Assembly: GCA_030390025.1 (NCBI GenBank)
Contig: CM059433.1
Span: 20,152,001 to 20,216,000, forward strand
Length of the DNA stretch: 64,000 bases
Direction: 5' to 3'
Source of the DNA: Squalus acanthias
Lineage: Eukaryota
Part shown: positions 12,301 to 24,365 of the stretch, in pieces
Layout: the number at the start of each line of letters is the position of its first letter
Numbering within the stretch: position 1 is the first letter of the stretch
Notes under the pieces: generated by a model
Database searches by the model: none
Seen by the model: the letters and a program-made list of their open reading frames with translations, nothing else
Told to the model about the DNA's origin: nothing
Program-made: the position numbers and the translations under genes

Positions 12301-12454
12301 AATTATCTGCCTTTGCTCAGCACTATTTGCACCGTGTCATGACTAATATCAAGTATTCAATTTGTGAAGAATTGTAGGGCATAGACCTGTGTTCAACCAT
12401 TCTGTGGCATAAGTAAGCCAAGCTTTAGTGCTGTGGGGACCAGCGAGTTATAAT

Positions 12455-13565
12455 GGCTCAGATTTTGTGTTGAGGATAACAGTGTGGATAAAAGTGCTCA
12501 TTGTCATTGTGGAGTAAATCGGTCAGCAACTTCTGGAGTCCACACATGCGCCGTTAAACACAGAAATCCGGAAGTTACTGTCCAAGTTACCCTGCTCCTC
12601 AGGCTTCACTACACCGGTACCTCACTGATAGACTCGGCATTGAAATAAGAACATAAGAATATAGGAAATGGGAGCAGGAGTAGGCCATACGGCCCCTCGA
12701 GCCTGCTCCGCCATTCAACAAGATTATGGCTGATCATCCACCTCAACTCCACTTTCCCGCCCGATCTCCATATCCCTTGATTCCCTTAGAGTCCAAAAGT
12801 CTATCCATCTCAGCCTTGAATATACTCAAAGACTCAGCATCCACAGCCATCTAGGGCAGAGAATTCCAAAGATTCACACCCTCTGAGTGAAAAAATTCCT
12901 CTTCATCTCAGTCTTAAATGGCCGACCCCTTATCCTGAGACTATGCCCCCTAGTTCTGGACACTCCAGCCAGGGGAAACAACCTCTCAGCATCTACCCTG
13001 TCAATCCCCCTCAGAATCTTTTTTCCCCAGCAGGCCCCGCCCACAAAATTGGCCGCACCCCCATCTGGAATTAATCACCATTGGGAATTTCCACTAACTG
13101 TGCTCGTTTACAGGCCTTCGAGGAGGCTCCAAAAATTAAGCTGGAACTTTTGGGCGCAAGGACACGAATAGGAACATTTTGAAAGTTATTTTTTTTAATT
13201 TACTAAGGAACTGACTACTGTGCCCCAATCTAACTAGAAAATAGTTTTGTATATTTAAAAAAAAAGTCACTTTCAGTTATTTAAAAGCGAGTTACTCACA
13301 GGTGGTGGATTGACACTGATTTAAAATGCTTATTTTTGTGATAAGCACATTTTCAGCTGTATTAATCAAGCTGCACCTAGTTACCACTCTTATAAATATC
13401 AAGGAATATTTTTTAAAGCAAAATTTAGAAAAGTTACATTTTAAAATATGAAAACGAGTTTGAGCAGAAACCCGGGGCAAAAAAATCGCTTTTCAAAATG
13501 GGCACATTATTGGGCGCAATTTGCGCTAGAATCGCCGATTGCGCCCAAAGCGGAAACTCTACCCC
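12455..13565. mobile_element. Harbinger-type MITE carrying a CR1 3' insertion
   Basis: Right end ggaaactctacccc; 13050-13560 is homologous in inverted orientation to 32793-33400. The left boundary is approximate. Confidence 0.6.
12647..13020 (-). mobile_element. CR1 3' end (truncated)
   Basis: Tail aagaacataagaa, ggagcaggagtaggccat..cggcccctcgagcctgctccgccattcaa and ORF2 C-terminal sequence on the minus strand. Confidence 0.9.
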
Positions 13566-13592
13566 TGTATGTTTATTTACTCTAAATTCTAA

Positions 13593-15208
13593 GGCCGTGA
13601 TTTTGCCGGTGCTCAGAGGGCGGGTTCGGAGGCGGGTCAGCTGTTAAATTCAAAATGAAGCGATCCCGCCTCCGTGTGAGTTTCAAGAGTGTTGGGTCTG
13701 TGATTTCTGAACAGACCCGACACCAAGCAGCGGGTAAGGGATTTAAGGCACTTAACTCCTTGCTAAGTGCTTGTTAAATGCTATTTTGATAGCCTTTTCC
13801 TATTTTCCAACATTTTATTTGGGTTTCACGACGTTCGGAGATCACGCCAGGTTTGTGTGTCGGGAGGACCAACGAGCTGCATACTTCACAGCTGCAACTG
13901 CTGTATAAAAGTTGAACTCTCACATCTGAACTCTTTCAAATGTCAGAGGTGTCTGATTTCAGGATTTGGATGACACATTTGATCTGTCTGGTGGCTGTAA
14001 GTGTGTGGTGTTAACTTTATATACACTGTCACTTCCTTGGAGCAAGCTCTTTCACTATTGACAGATCGCTTCTGCCATTTCAACTTCAGCGGCCATCTAT
14101 TCCAGCAACATCGGTGCCCTTGAAAAAATCTCAGCTTAGTCTTTTGAATCCCTCCACGATCAGCCCCAACACCAACATCACCAACAACAACACCTACCTT
14201 CTGCGCAATCAACTGATGCTGCACAGGACACAGGGCACAGCACCCGACCACATTACTGCCCAGGAGGCCAGCGATGGCCACATGATGCACCAGGTTGGCA
14301 CCACCCCACACCAACACCATAAAGCATCCCTACAATGCCCAAGCCATTCCTTTCACATGCATCACCATTGAGGGGGATACCGTTATGTCTCACCATTCAC
14401 TGCAACTCACTAAGCCACTTCCAAAGGTGCACACAGATCTGTCCAAGAACGCAAAGTGTTCAAAATTAAGGTTTCAATGTTTGACACCACATTAGCAGAA
14501 ACTACATGAACATTGCATGAAACACTCAAGTGGCTACCCTTGTGTGTTGTTAGTTGGTATGATTGCACTAGGATGAGGGTGAGTGTGAGGGGTGGCTAGT
14601 GAGATGGGGAAGTGATAATATAGACAGAGAGGGATGGGTGGAGGTGCAAGGTAAGTTGGTGTGACTAAGGATGTGCAGGAGTAGGGTAGGGAAGGCAGAG
14701 TGATGGGGATGTGATGAGTGGCACAGCAGGATGAGGTTGAGTGTGACTTTGCAGTGATGTTTCGTGGTCTACTGAGATCATTGAAAGGTTTGCGCCACTA
14801 CAGCCAGGGACTCCTGACGACATCCCTGCATTTGCCCTCCTGTGCAATGTGCAACCAGGCTGCTTTGATCTCCTGGAGAGATCTCTTCTGCCCATGGGAA
14901 GGGAAGAGAACCTCCCTGCGTGCTGTGACTCCCTCCATAAGCATATGGAGGGAGTCAAGCATGAGCCTGGATGCACCTTTGTGCAGTGCTTGTCAGTGTT
15001 TGCAGCACCTCAATGTGGCCAAGGTCCCTTTAAGAAACCGGCTGATGATGCGTTATCAAATTACATCATCAGACCAGCTTCCTATTAGTTGGCCGGGAAC
15101 CCTGCAGGACGGGCTTAACAAGGCCAATCTACGGAAAATCATTTTCAGAGAGCGGCTGCCAACCTGCTCTCCCACCGCCATCCCACCTCTGCAGGGAAAA
15201 TCCTGCCC
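13593..15208. mobile_element. Internally deleted PIF/Harbinger element with a Myb/SANT pseudogene
   Basis: TIRs ggccgtgattttgc / ggaaaatcctgccc with TAA TSD (13590-13592 and 15209-15211). Minus strand 14760-14990 translates LHMLMEGVTARREVLFPSHGQKRS..AAWLHIAQE...PWL*WRKPFNDL. Confidence 0.85.
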
Positions 15209-15259
15209 TAAAGGCTTGTTTAATAATGTTCAGTAATTATCCGTAAATTAATTATATGA

Positions 15260-15508
15260 GAGTGCGATTTTAACCTTACTCGCTCAGCAGTTAAAAACGC
15301 CCTGGCTCTTACTTGTCCAAAAGCCACCATGATTACAACATCTGCAATTTTAACCTGCTCTCCTAAGCAGGCAGCAAGGACACACACCCGGAGTCAACAG
15401 GGTCCTTCTTTACATATGCATGTTGCGGCCCGATGACATCATTGAGACCCAACTGTAATTTTAACTCAGGCCTGAGTGGGGAATCCACCTGGAGTTAAAA
15501 TCAGGCCC
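15260..15508. mobile_element. MITE (same family as 40561-40826, opposite orientation)
   Basis: TIRs gagtgcgattttaac / gttaaaatcaggccc; co-linear reverse-complement similarity to 40561-40826. Confidence 0.8.
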
Positions 15509-17085
15509 TAAGGATTGGGAGAGGAGGGGGATATCATGCGTTCAGCTATGATTGGAAAAGGCCAAATGCAAAGCATGATAAATGAACGAGCCGTGACTTA
15601 CACATGAGAATAACAAAGTTGTCAACAATAGACAAAGCAAAGATGGGTAGGTTGAGAAGGAATTGGGATTTTTATGTCTTTTTTGGGGGGTAACTTTAAA
15701 AGATCTTTCTTTTTATTCCTATTTTTCTGTTTCTCTCCAGCTTTTAAGCCTCATTTCCTTAGCTATCTCATTAGCTTTCTTTCACAGGCTTCCCTGCAGT
15801 CAGTTGTGTCGTTTTGTGTTTCTGCAATGCCACTGAGTCACCGCGGTTAATGACAGCACAATCCCTAATTTCTGTCACATTTTCGAAGATAATAGCTCAC
15901 CCACAGCAGAGGGGAACTGAGAAGGTTGTGGAGCTGTGAGATGACTAGTGTAGTACAATTTAGAAGGCATGAATGTGAAACTTTGTGATTTAATTGGGAG
16001 GATTGGCTCAGTTGCAACTGTGCAGTTCACTTTGCATATATGGGCTTAAAGAGGAAAGATTCTGTTATGCACTTGGCCAGGATGGAGTTACTGAATAACT
16101 GGACAGGCTTGAATCAGCTGCAAGAAATGAAAAGGACACTGATCGCCATTGAGCCAAATTAGACGCACGCTGGCGGAGCCCATGGGGGACCTCAGTGGAA
16201 TGGGAATCGCAGTGTCTACCAGATCAGAAACGTCATGTCTTCTCTCCGGTTGGGGGAGTGCTCTTTGCCATGCTCTTTATAATCATTTTTCCAAAGCAAG
16301 AGAATTTAAAAAAAACATTGTGTGCAGTGGAACTATAAAAGGGCCGAGTCCTGTGATTGATGGAAAGTCTTCCCCACTGAGCATCCTTCCCCCTTCAATT
16401 AACTATGCTGCTAAACTGCAAAATGGTCTTTTTAGAAAAGATTTTTTTATTGTGCAATACTGAATCAGTTAGATACATTTCTGAAATTGTCAAACTACAA
16501 TAATTAGTTTAAGTGCTATAGTGCTGTACCTCCCTTGGATTTCCTCTTAGTTTGGAGGTCAGGTTAAAATTACTATTGCATTTGTGGAATGACCATCAGA
16601 AATGTAACAAGAGGGACTCTGCAGGAATCAGCATAGCATTTTTTTCACCCATTTTCCTCAGTGCAGATGAAACCACTCAACAAGTCTTCCTACATTGGGG
16701 TAAGAACCATTACCAGTAAGAGAACAACAAAGACAAAAATCAAAGGTAAATTCTTAAAGGAGTGAATAAAGCAGAGACAAAGCAAAAGTAGGAAAGGACT
16801 TGGAGTGTGGATGTGTTGTGTGGGCAACTTAAAATAACCAACTAGTTAATGTGATGTTCACTTTGACAAGTAAGACATATACAGATTATTGCTACTGCAA
16901 TTGTATGAAGGCCTATTGACATTTAACTCTGGTACTTAAAAATAGGGGTGCAAAATTCAGATCATCTTGCCCTTTTTTGGGCGCTATGAGTGACCTTAGA
17001 GGTTCAAAATGGCATATGCGGGGTGCACGCATACTTCTGGTGAGGGTGTTAGTGCGTGTGCAGTGAGCATCCACCAGAAATATGC

Positions 17086-17435
17086 AGTTATGATGCCTTC
17101 ATTCTGCGGCAGTTCTCTGTGCCATCTGCATTTGAACCACCATGCCAAGCCAAAGGGTGGCTACTGGGCGACAAGGGCTATCTCCTGATGACATGGCTCA
17201 TGACTCCAGTGCACATCCCACGCATACAGGGGCTGCATGCATACAATGAAAGCCATGCTGCCACAAGAAATGTGATAGAGCAGACCATTGGCATGCTGAA
17301 ATAACGCTGCCGCTGCCTGACCGCTCTGGAGGAGCCCTGCAGTATTCGGCAGAGCGGGTGTCAAGATTCGTGGTGGTCTGCAGCATGCTGCACAACCTCG
17401 CCATCATGAGGGCACAGCCCTTGCCACTAGCTATA
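17086..17435 (+). pseudogene. Harbinger DDE transposase (HARBI1/DDE_Tnp_4-like) C-terminal fragment
   Basis: YDAFILRQ...GWLLGDKGYLLMTWLMTPV...YNESHAATRNVIEQTIGMLK*RCRCL, then frameshifted QYSAERVSRFVVVCSMLHNLAI. The N-terminus is missing. Confidence 0.9.
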
Positions 17436-17799
17436 CAGCAACCAGCTGAGGAGCAGAAGCATGAGGAGGAGGGGGGAGGAGGATGAAGAAGAGGAGGAGG
17501 AGGAGGAGGAAGGGAGGAGGCAACCTAGACAGGCCCTGTCTGGCCGGGCTATCCGTGAAGAACTCATCCAAGTATGATACCAGTAACCGCAACCCAAATT
17601 CCCAATTCACCAACAGTCCCACACCTTTCCTTCTCTCTGTCACTGACCAGCACAGCGTCCGCTTGGCCACATTGCAAAAATAAAACCCAACACAAAATAA
17701 ACATTGCAAACTAAATTTATAAATCAAATCATGCCATATCACATACAAACGTAAACTAATCACCCTTGTGCATTCCCTGTCTTCCGTGTGCCTTTGCCT

Positions 17800-19620
17800 G
17801 TACTAGTACTCCTACGCAGTGCTACCCCGTGGTTGCAGCATGGCTGGTGGAAGACTGCTGACTTTCAGTGGAGGAGACGCACATGGCCTTAGAGGACAAC
17901 CTCAAGCAGCTCTGGTCCTAGATGGCCCGGCTGCACCATCTCGGCATGGGCGGCAGCAGTCTGGGCTGGCTGGCTGACAGGCAACAGCAAGGGCACTGGC
18001 GGAGTGGCAGTGGAGGGAGGACGAATGCTGTCATCCTGAGAGAGGGCAGCAGGTTCGTGCTCCACGGAGCCACTGTTGCTCCCCCAGGTGGTGCCTCAGC
18101 TTTCCTAGTCATCTGTTTGATGACAGATTGCTGGACTGGTGTGACACCCTGCAAGCCCCTTTGAACACTGGAATCCAAAGCCATGATGTCAACAGTCTGA
18201 GCTTCCACTGCTGCACTCAGACATTGGGTGGCTGCTGCTTGTGCTGCAATGGAAGCTGAGACATCGACCATCAGACACTGCATCATGGTTGGGTTCACAA
18301 GTGCGCTAATGGAGTTGGCCACCACTTCCTTGCTGGAAAGGATGGATTCCAAGCTCTGTGCGAAGCCTTGTGCCAAGTTGGTGCCAGACTCCTCCATGCT
18401 CCTTGACATTGCACGCAGGCTTTCTGGCAGGCTTCCTAATGCATCAAGCATTTCATTGTGCATACCCATCAGCCTTCTTCTGCTGCCATCAAAGTCCTTA
18501 TCTGTCTCCTCTGCAGCAGAACTCATGTGCAACCTCGCCCTCCGGTGAGCTGGCACCTGCGCTATCCTTGCCCCCTGCTCTGATTGCAGGCCACTCGCGT
18601 CCAGTGTCCCACCACATGCAGATCCCACCTCTATGCTATCCTCTAAATTACACGCAATGTCAGTATCTGAGCTGGTGGCAGAAAGTGTGAAATCGAGTGA
18701 TGGCGCATCTTTATCATCACTGTCTTCTTGCTCTTCCACCACTGGGCAGGTTGCAGTTCTTGGGTATCTGAAAGGAGAAAGGCACAAGGGTAAGGTTGTG
18801 ATGTGGGGACGGGAGCGGTGGGGGGGCGGATGTAAGAGGTGCATGCTTACACCATCTTCAGTTTGTAAATCAGAAGAGATTGTGGTATGAGGGGAATATG
18901 GAATGTGAGAATGAGGATTAGGTAGGAGGATACCGTCATCTTCAATGGATGCAGCCCCGCCGCTGACCACGGCCTCGACAATGCCCGTTCCAATAATGGC
19001 CAGCACCGTCTCCTCCATGGGGGTTAGGATATGCAGGCGCGCCTGTCCCCCGCAGGTTGCTCCTGCTGCCTCTGGTTGTGTGCCACCTTGTCTTGCAAGA
19101 GAAAGGGAAGCATGAATGTTGTGCAATCTGTTTGGGTGATGTGGCTGTCATGGTTGAATAGCTGCCAGTGTGTGCAAGCTGTGAGATGCTGGTGTGAAGC
19201 TTGCAACAGTGCTAAGTGTGTGAGGGTGAGGTGAAGCATATGAATGTTAGGTATGAGTCCTGATTGATAGAGATTATTGGTAGGTGAGTGATGGCGGTGT
19301 GGTGCATTGAGCAGTTGCTGAGGCTACTGGTGCAGTTGGTGGAATATGGCATTTCAAGATGCCTTCACTGACCTTGACCACTCGTGTGAGGTCATTGAAC
19401 CTCTTGCCGCACTGCATCCAGGTCCTCGGGGCTTGACTCCTGGCATTGACCTCCACGGCTATCTGCTCCCACTGCTTTCTGAGCATGTGTCTGGAGGGCC
19501 TCCTGGCCCCCTGTGGATACCGGACATCTCTCCTCCTTTCCACCTCCTCTAACAAGGCCTCCAGTGCAGCGTCCGAAAACCTTGGAGCCCGCTCTCTCCC
19601 ATTCTTCACTGTTTCCCAGG
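17800..19620 (-). pseudogene. Harbinger Myb/SANT-like DNA-binding protein gene, about three exons, decayed
   Basis: RERAPRFSDAALEALLEEVERRRDVRYP...QWEQIAVEVNARSQAPRTWMQCGKRFNDLTRVVK, then GT donor at 19372. Exon 2 about 19092-18934 (acceptor appears mutated to AA; frameshift). Exon 3 acceptor tttcag at 18767 leads into a long acidic/helical ORF. Confidence 0.85.
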
Positions 19621-20166
19621 TCAGATTCACTTCCAGAATGACTTGCAGCACCTGCTCCAGACACAATGCACCTTCCCTTTGAGAGGTGCAGACTAGCTTT
19701 AAGCAGCGCAGGCTAGCTTTAACTGGTGCAAGCAAGTAACGATTTTGGGTCCCCTGCTGATGCGTGCAGCCAATGAACAGCATGGTTAGCACTGGCCGCA
19801 CACTGAAACCATTGAAATGAAAAGGCAGCACGAAGTTAGCGTGCTGCCTGCATCACATTGAACGGACGTGGGTTAATTGCGTGTCGCGATCCCTGCGCCC
19901 GTTTCCGGGGGCTATTGAATTTAGCCCCGTGGATATTTTACTTCAGTCGCCACTCCTCTTGATTTGTACTAAACTGGAAATCCCAGAATGACTTGACTGC
20001 TGGTGCACAGTTTGGGTTAACCAGGACTGACATCAGATCAGCGCAGAGCTAAATTGTGCCAAAAGCAGAGGCTGTGACTAATCAGCCAGTGTCAGTGTGT
20101 AATATATAGGCAGCAAACTAATTTGAGGCAACAGTAACATAACCTGTGGAGAGAGAAACAGTTAAT

Positions 20167-20817
20167 GGGGTTGATATTAACCAATCCCCCATGACGGGCA
20201 GGAGGAGGTCACAGGAGTTAAACCCTAAAAAACACGGCGACAGTATCCCCAACCCACAGCGTACAAGCCCGTTGCCGTTTTTATGGCGGTGGGTTGCGAG
20301 GCGTGTGTGTATCCTGTCTTAAAGAGATGGGACACTTCACTATCATATCAGCCTGAGTTCAATTTGACAGCTGCCGGCCAGGTGTCCCAGGGGTCAGGAA
20401 ACCCGGCAGTGAACAGGAGGCGGGAGCTGCCGGCTCCAGAAGCTAAGTGCCTTTAACAGCACCCCTTGTGGGCCAGGAGGAGCAGGAGTGCTCCCCATGG
20501 CCCCTCAAGCATACCTTCGGTGTCCCTTCTGTCGATCGTAGCCTCTCTCTCCCCCCGCCATGATCAGCGACCTCTCCCCCCCCCCGCAACCCAAACCCCC
20601 GATCTCCGACCTGCCCCCCAATCCCGATTGGCTGTCCCCAAGAGTCTCCGGCTGCAGCCTCCTGTTGCTGGTTTTCCCGCCCTGCAGCCGACCAGCCGGT
20701 CTTTTATAATGAGGTCCTGCCCTTAAATTCGGCAGGACCTCCGCATCCCCGGGATTTCCGCGTTTCCCCCCCTCCACTCCCCGGCACCCTCCCCGTCTCC
20801 CTGTAAATATCGGGGCC
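20167..20817. mobile_element. GC-rich Harbinger-type MITE inserted in a Penelope terminal fragment
   Basis: Termini ggggttgatatt / aatatcggggcc. The flanks gagagaaacagttaat | gtttcaggtcgatga rejoin to the Penelope hammerhead region. Confidence 0.75.
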
Positions 20818-20974
20818 AAAGTTTCAGGTCGATGAACTCTTATTATAAATTTGAGCCAAGGTCTAGGAAAGCAAGCAAAATGGTGGCAACTATAATGATT
20901 TAGCAGTTTTAGGTAGATATCTTGCAAACCAGCTAAATTAAAAAATAAATAAATAACAGCAAGTAACACAAAAT

Positions 20975-21447
20975 GAGACAACAACAGAAAACGCTGGAAA
21001 AACTCAGCAGGCCAGGCAACATCCGTGGAGAGAGAAACAGAGTTAACGTTTCAGGTCGAAACCCTTCGTCAGAACTGAGAAAAAAGCAGGAAATGAAACA
21101 GATAAAAAAGCAAGTGGGAGGCTGGGGGGAGGAATAAAAGAACAAAAGGGGTGGTCTATGGTAAGTAGAGACATTAAGAGATGCTCAAGGCAAGACGAGA
21201 TGGTAATAGGACAGGTTAAGAAACAAAAGGTGGCTAGAAGTGTGAAGTGTGAAATGCTGGCAGAATGAGAGACAGCTGCTGTAGGGGAGAGAGAGAAAAA
21301 AAAGGGAAAAGGCACAAACCAAAAGGGTGGATAAAATGTATATATATATATATGTGGTAGGGGCCGAGGTTATGATCTGAAGTTGTTGAACTCGATATTG
21401 AGTCCGGAAGGCTATAACGTGCCTAATCGGAAGATGAGGTGCTGTTC
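20975..21447 (-). mobile_element. Penelope-like element 3' fragment (GIY-YIG C-terminus, UTR, hammerhead, terminal repeat)
   Basis: Minus strand 21370-21447 translates EQHLIFRLGTL*PSGLNIEFNNFRS*, typical of the PLE GIY-YIG endonuclease end, followed by a pyrimidine-rich UTR and a hammerhead core. Confidence 0.85.
21041..21076 (-). ncRNA. Minimal type-I hammerhead ribozyme motif
   Basis: AGUU-CUGACGA-A-GGGU(UUCG)ACCU-GAAAC-GUU^AACU: intact core, 4-bp stem I, stem II with UUCG loop, loopless palindromic stem III (ACGU). Confidence 0.8.
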
Positions 21448-21910
21448 AAAATGAGATGTGAGTATTCCAATGTGAAGTGCAGCATGACCTATCTGTTAAA
21501 GGGAGTATATCACCTAAAGAGGGAGTTGAGCTGACAGCTAGGGAGACCCTACTGTAAAGTGAAATGAGCCAACAGGAAGGTAAGATTGTGTAAGATTGGA
21601 TATGATCTCGTGGCCAATGGGGGAAATCATGCAATTACGGTGGAAGGTACTGTTGTAATGATTTAGACCTGCACCAGATACCTTTTCTATCAGACCCACC
21701 AGGTGTCCACACCTCACCGCTTTCATTTAAATGAGGCCCGAGGCCGAATTTTGAGTGCACTTCAGGTCTGCCCATTCAGGTGCAGGGATCGTTCCTTGCA
21801 CTCAGTCCACACCGGCCTGTCATGGCCTCTAGGCCATGATCCCGGTGCCTGATTGGCAGATAACACTCTGATAGACTCCATATATACATTTATTGGTTGA
21901 TCAATACAAA

Positions 21911-22659
21911 GGAGGTCATTTTAACCCCCAAAAGCGGGTGGGTTTGGGTTGTGTGGGATGTTAAAATTTTAAAAGTCCCAATCCCGAACCCCACCCGCCT
22001 GGAACACGCCCACTTCCAGTTTTAACGGAGGTGGGACAGGGGGCGGGTGACCAACCCTTTCCCAGGAGTCGTGTGGCTCATTTAAATATTTTAATGAGGC
22101 TGCGTGCCTCAGATTTTATCTCTTCCAGCATTAACGCTGGCCGGCCGGGTTTCCCAGGCCTTGGGAAATTCAGCAGCTAAAGGGAAGTGAGGACTGCTGC
22201 ATGGAAGATGTAAGTGCTTTTCCAGCACTGCTTGTGGGCCAGGAAGAGCAGGAGTACTTCACTCAGCCCCCCCCCTAGCTAACCTGCTTCCCCCCCAGCC
22301 CCACGATTGGACTCCCCCACCCCCAGCGATCTCCGAAGCCCCAGCGATCACCGACCCCCCATCTATGCCTCTGATCTCTCTCCGACCCCCTGTGATCACC
22401 AGCACCCACCCCCCCCCACCACCCGACTCTCCAAACCACAGTGTACCCACCCACCCCCCCCCTCACAATCTCTATCCTAATGAGCAGGAAACCTACCTTT
22501 TCCTTGGCTGCAGTCTCTTCTGCAGGATTTCCCGCCCGACATGGATCCAAGCCTACCAATCAGGCTGGCTTCCGAGCGGGAAATCTGCTAATACAAAAAA
22601 TCTCCACAGCGTTAACCTGACCAGAGCTCCTCCCTCTCGCCCCAGTAAATATCAGGGCC
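21911..22659. mobile_element. GC-rich Harbinger-type MITE
   Basis: Termini ggaggtcattttaac / taaatatcagggcc, AAA TSD on both sides; homologous to 4812-5734. Confidence 0.8.
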
Positions 22660-22689
22660 AAAGAGTCTAAGAAATTGCCATTCTTCCTC

Positions 22690-23472
22690 AAGAAGTGTGA
22701 GGTGATGCATTTTGGCAGAAGGAACAGGGAGAGGCAATATACAATTAATGGCACAGTTTTAAAGAGTGTGCAGGGACAGAGGGACCTGGAAGTTAATGTG
22801 CATAGGTCCCTGAAGGTGGCAGGACATATTGAGAGAATGGTTAGCAAAGCATATGGGATCTTGGGCTTCATAAATAGAGTACAAAAGTAGAGAAGTTATG
22901 CTGAACCTTTATAAAGTGCTGGTTAGGCCACAACTGGAGTATTGTGTCCAATTCTGGTCACCACACTTTAGGAAGGATGTGAAGGCACTTGAGAGGGTGC
23001 AGAGCGGATTTACCAGAATGGTTCCGGGGATGGGGGATCTTAGCTACAAGGACAGGTTGGAGAAGCTAGATTTGGTTTCATTAGAGCAAAGGAGATTGCG
23101 GGGTGATTTGATAGAGGTGTACAAGATTATGACGGGTTTGGATAGGCTAGGGAAAGGTTGTTCCCACTAGTTGATGGTACAAGGACTAGGGGACACAGAT
23201 TTAAGGTTTTGGGCAAGAGATACAGGGGGGGATGTGAGGAAAAACTTTTTTACGCAGCGAGTGGTGAGGACCTGGAACTTGCTGCCGACGGAAGTGGTGG
23301 AAGTGGACACACTCAATGTTTTCAAGGGGAGACTGGATAGGCACTTGAGGGAAATAAACTTGCAGGGCTAAGGGGATAGAGCGGGGGAATGGGACTGACT
23401 CGATTGCTCTACAGAGAGCCAGCACGGACTCGATGGGCCAAATGGCGGCCTCCTGTGCCGTTATGACTCTAT
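22690..23472 (+). mobile_element. 5'-truncated CR1 LINE
   Basis: KKCEVMHFGR...LVRPQLEYCVQFWSPHFRKDV...RGHRFKV; 3' tail (tatgactc)n continues between and after the MITEs. Confidence 0.95.
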
Positions 23473-24365
23473 GGGGGAAAAATTCAGTTGGTTGCGCCTC
23501 CCGTTAGTGCCTTAAGAGGGCGCTAATGGGGCGTAAAGCAACTAGCGCCCGGGCGTAGCGATGTTTGCGCCGCTCGCGAAATTAACCAGACATTTTGCGG
23601 CGGCGCTAAACACTACCGCCACGATCTCCTGCACCAGCAGATCGTGACGTCAGTCGGGTGCATAACGCCCCGGTAGCGCCCCGGAGCGGATATTGAGTGG
23701 CGCCCCCTGCCTTACTGCCTGCCGCTAGCAAAGACAGGTTGAGGGGAGCGTTTTGCAATCAGGAAGGGACTGGGGGAGCGCTATTTAAAGGAGACCGCTT
23801 GCTGCCTTTTTTTGTTGGTGACATTTTTGAACCACGCATTCTGAGAGAGAGAGAGAGAGACTTCTGGAGAGATTCAACGCTGTGTGAAGGAGTTTTGGGT
23901 ATTGAGCAGGACTTTGCAGGTTCATTTTGATTTGCCCTTCCTTGTATCGTTTTAGAAGAGACTGTGGGGGTTGCACTCTGAGCTCTTTCCCTGGTACTCT
24001 CCATTGTTCTTTCCAGCAGATTTGATGTACAGGTCTCTCCAGGCCGAGATTCAAGGCTGCAATGAGCAGGATGTGGATGGAAAGCAAGATCAACCCTCCC
24101 CTTTAAGAACTGGCCAGCGCCATTGTGTCTGTGTTCCATTGCTGACTGACATCACATGAGCTTCGCCAGCGCTCTGAGTTAGCGCCTCGCTCCTCGGCCT
24201 TTGCGCCTTAAGACAGATGTGTAGCGCCTGATTTAGCGCTCCAATCACCTCCAGGGGCGATAAAAGTCAAGTTTGCAGTCGGAGGCGATAATTAGCGCCA
24301 GCCGCTAATCTTTGCGCCCGGCCGATAATTGCGCCCCAAATGGGGCGATACTGAATTTTTCCCCC
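23473..24365 (+). mobile_element. CpG-rich Harbinger-type MITE, copy 1 (893 bp)
   Basis: Perfect 15-bp TIRs gggggaaaaattcag / ctgaatttttccccc with TAT TSD; homologous to 24377-25522 and 57866-59496. Confidence 0.95.

Larger units (their letters stand above)
16945..19928. mobile_element. PIF/Harbinger transposon, non-autonomous (truncated transposase plus convergent Myb/SANT gene)
   Basis: Termini ggggtgcaaaattca / tgaatttagcccc enclose the two gene relics listed below; TSD not preserved. Confidence 0.9.

Noticed and set aside
17056..17435. Domesticated HARBI1 gene
   Set aside because: Truncated, with a stop and a frameshift, and inside transposon termini, so it is a TE relic.
23759..24139. 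126-aa ORF recurring in the MITE copies
   Set aside because: Shared only because the copies are recent. The frame varies with the (GA)n tract and is broken in copy 2.
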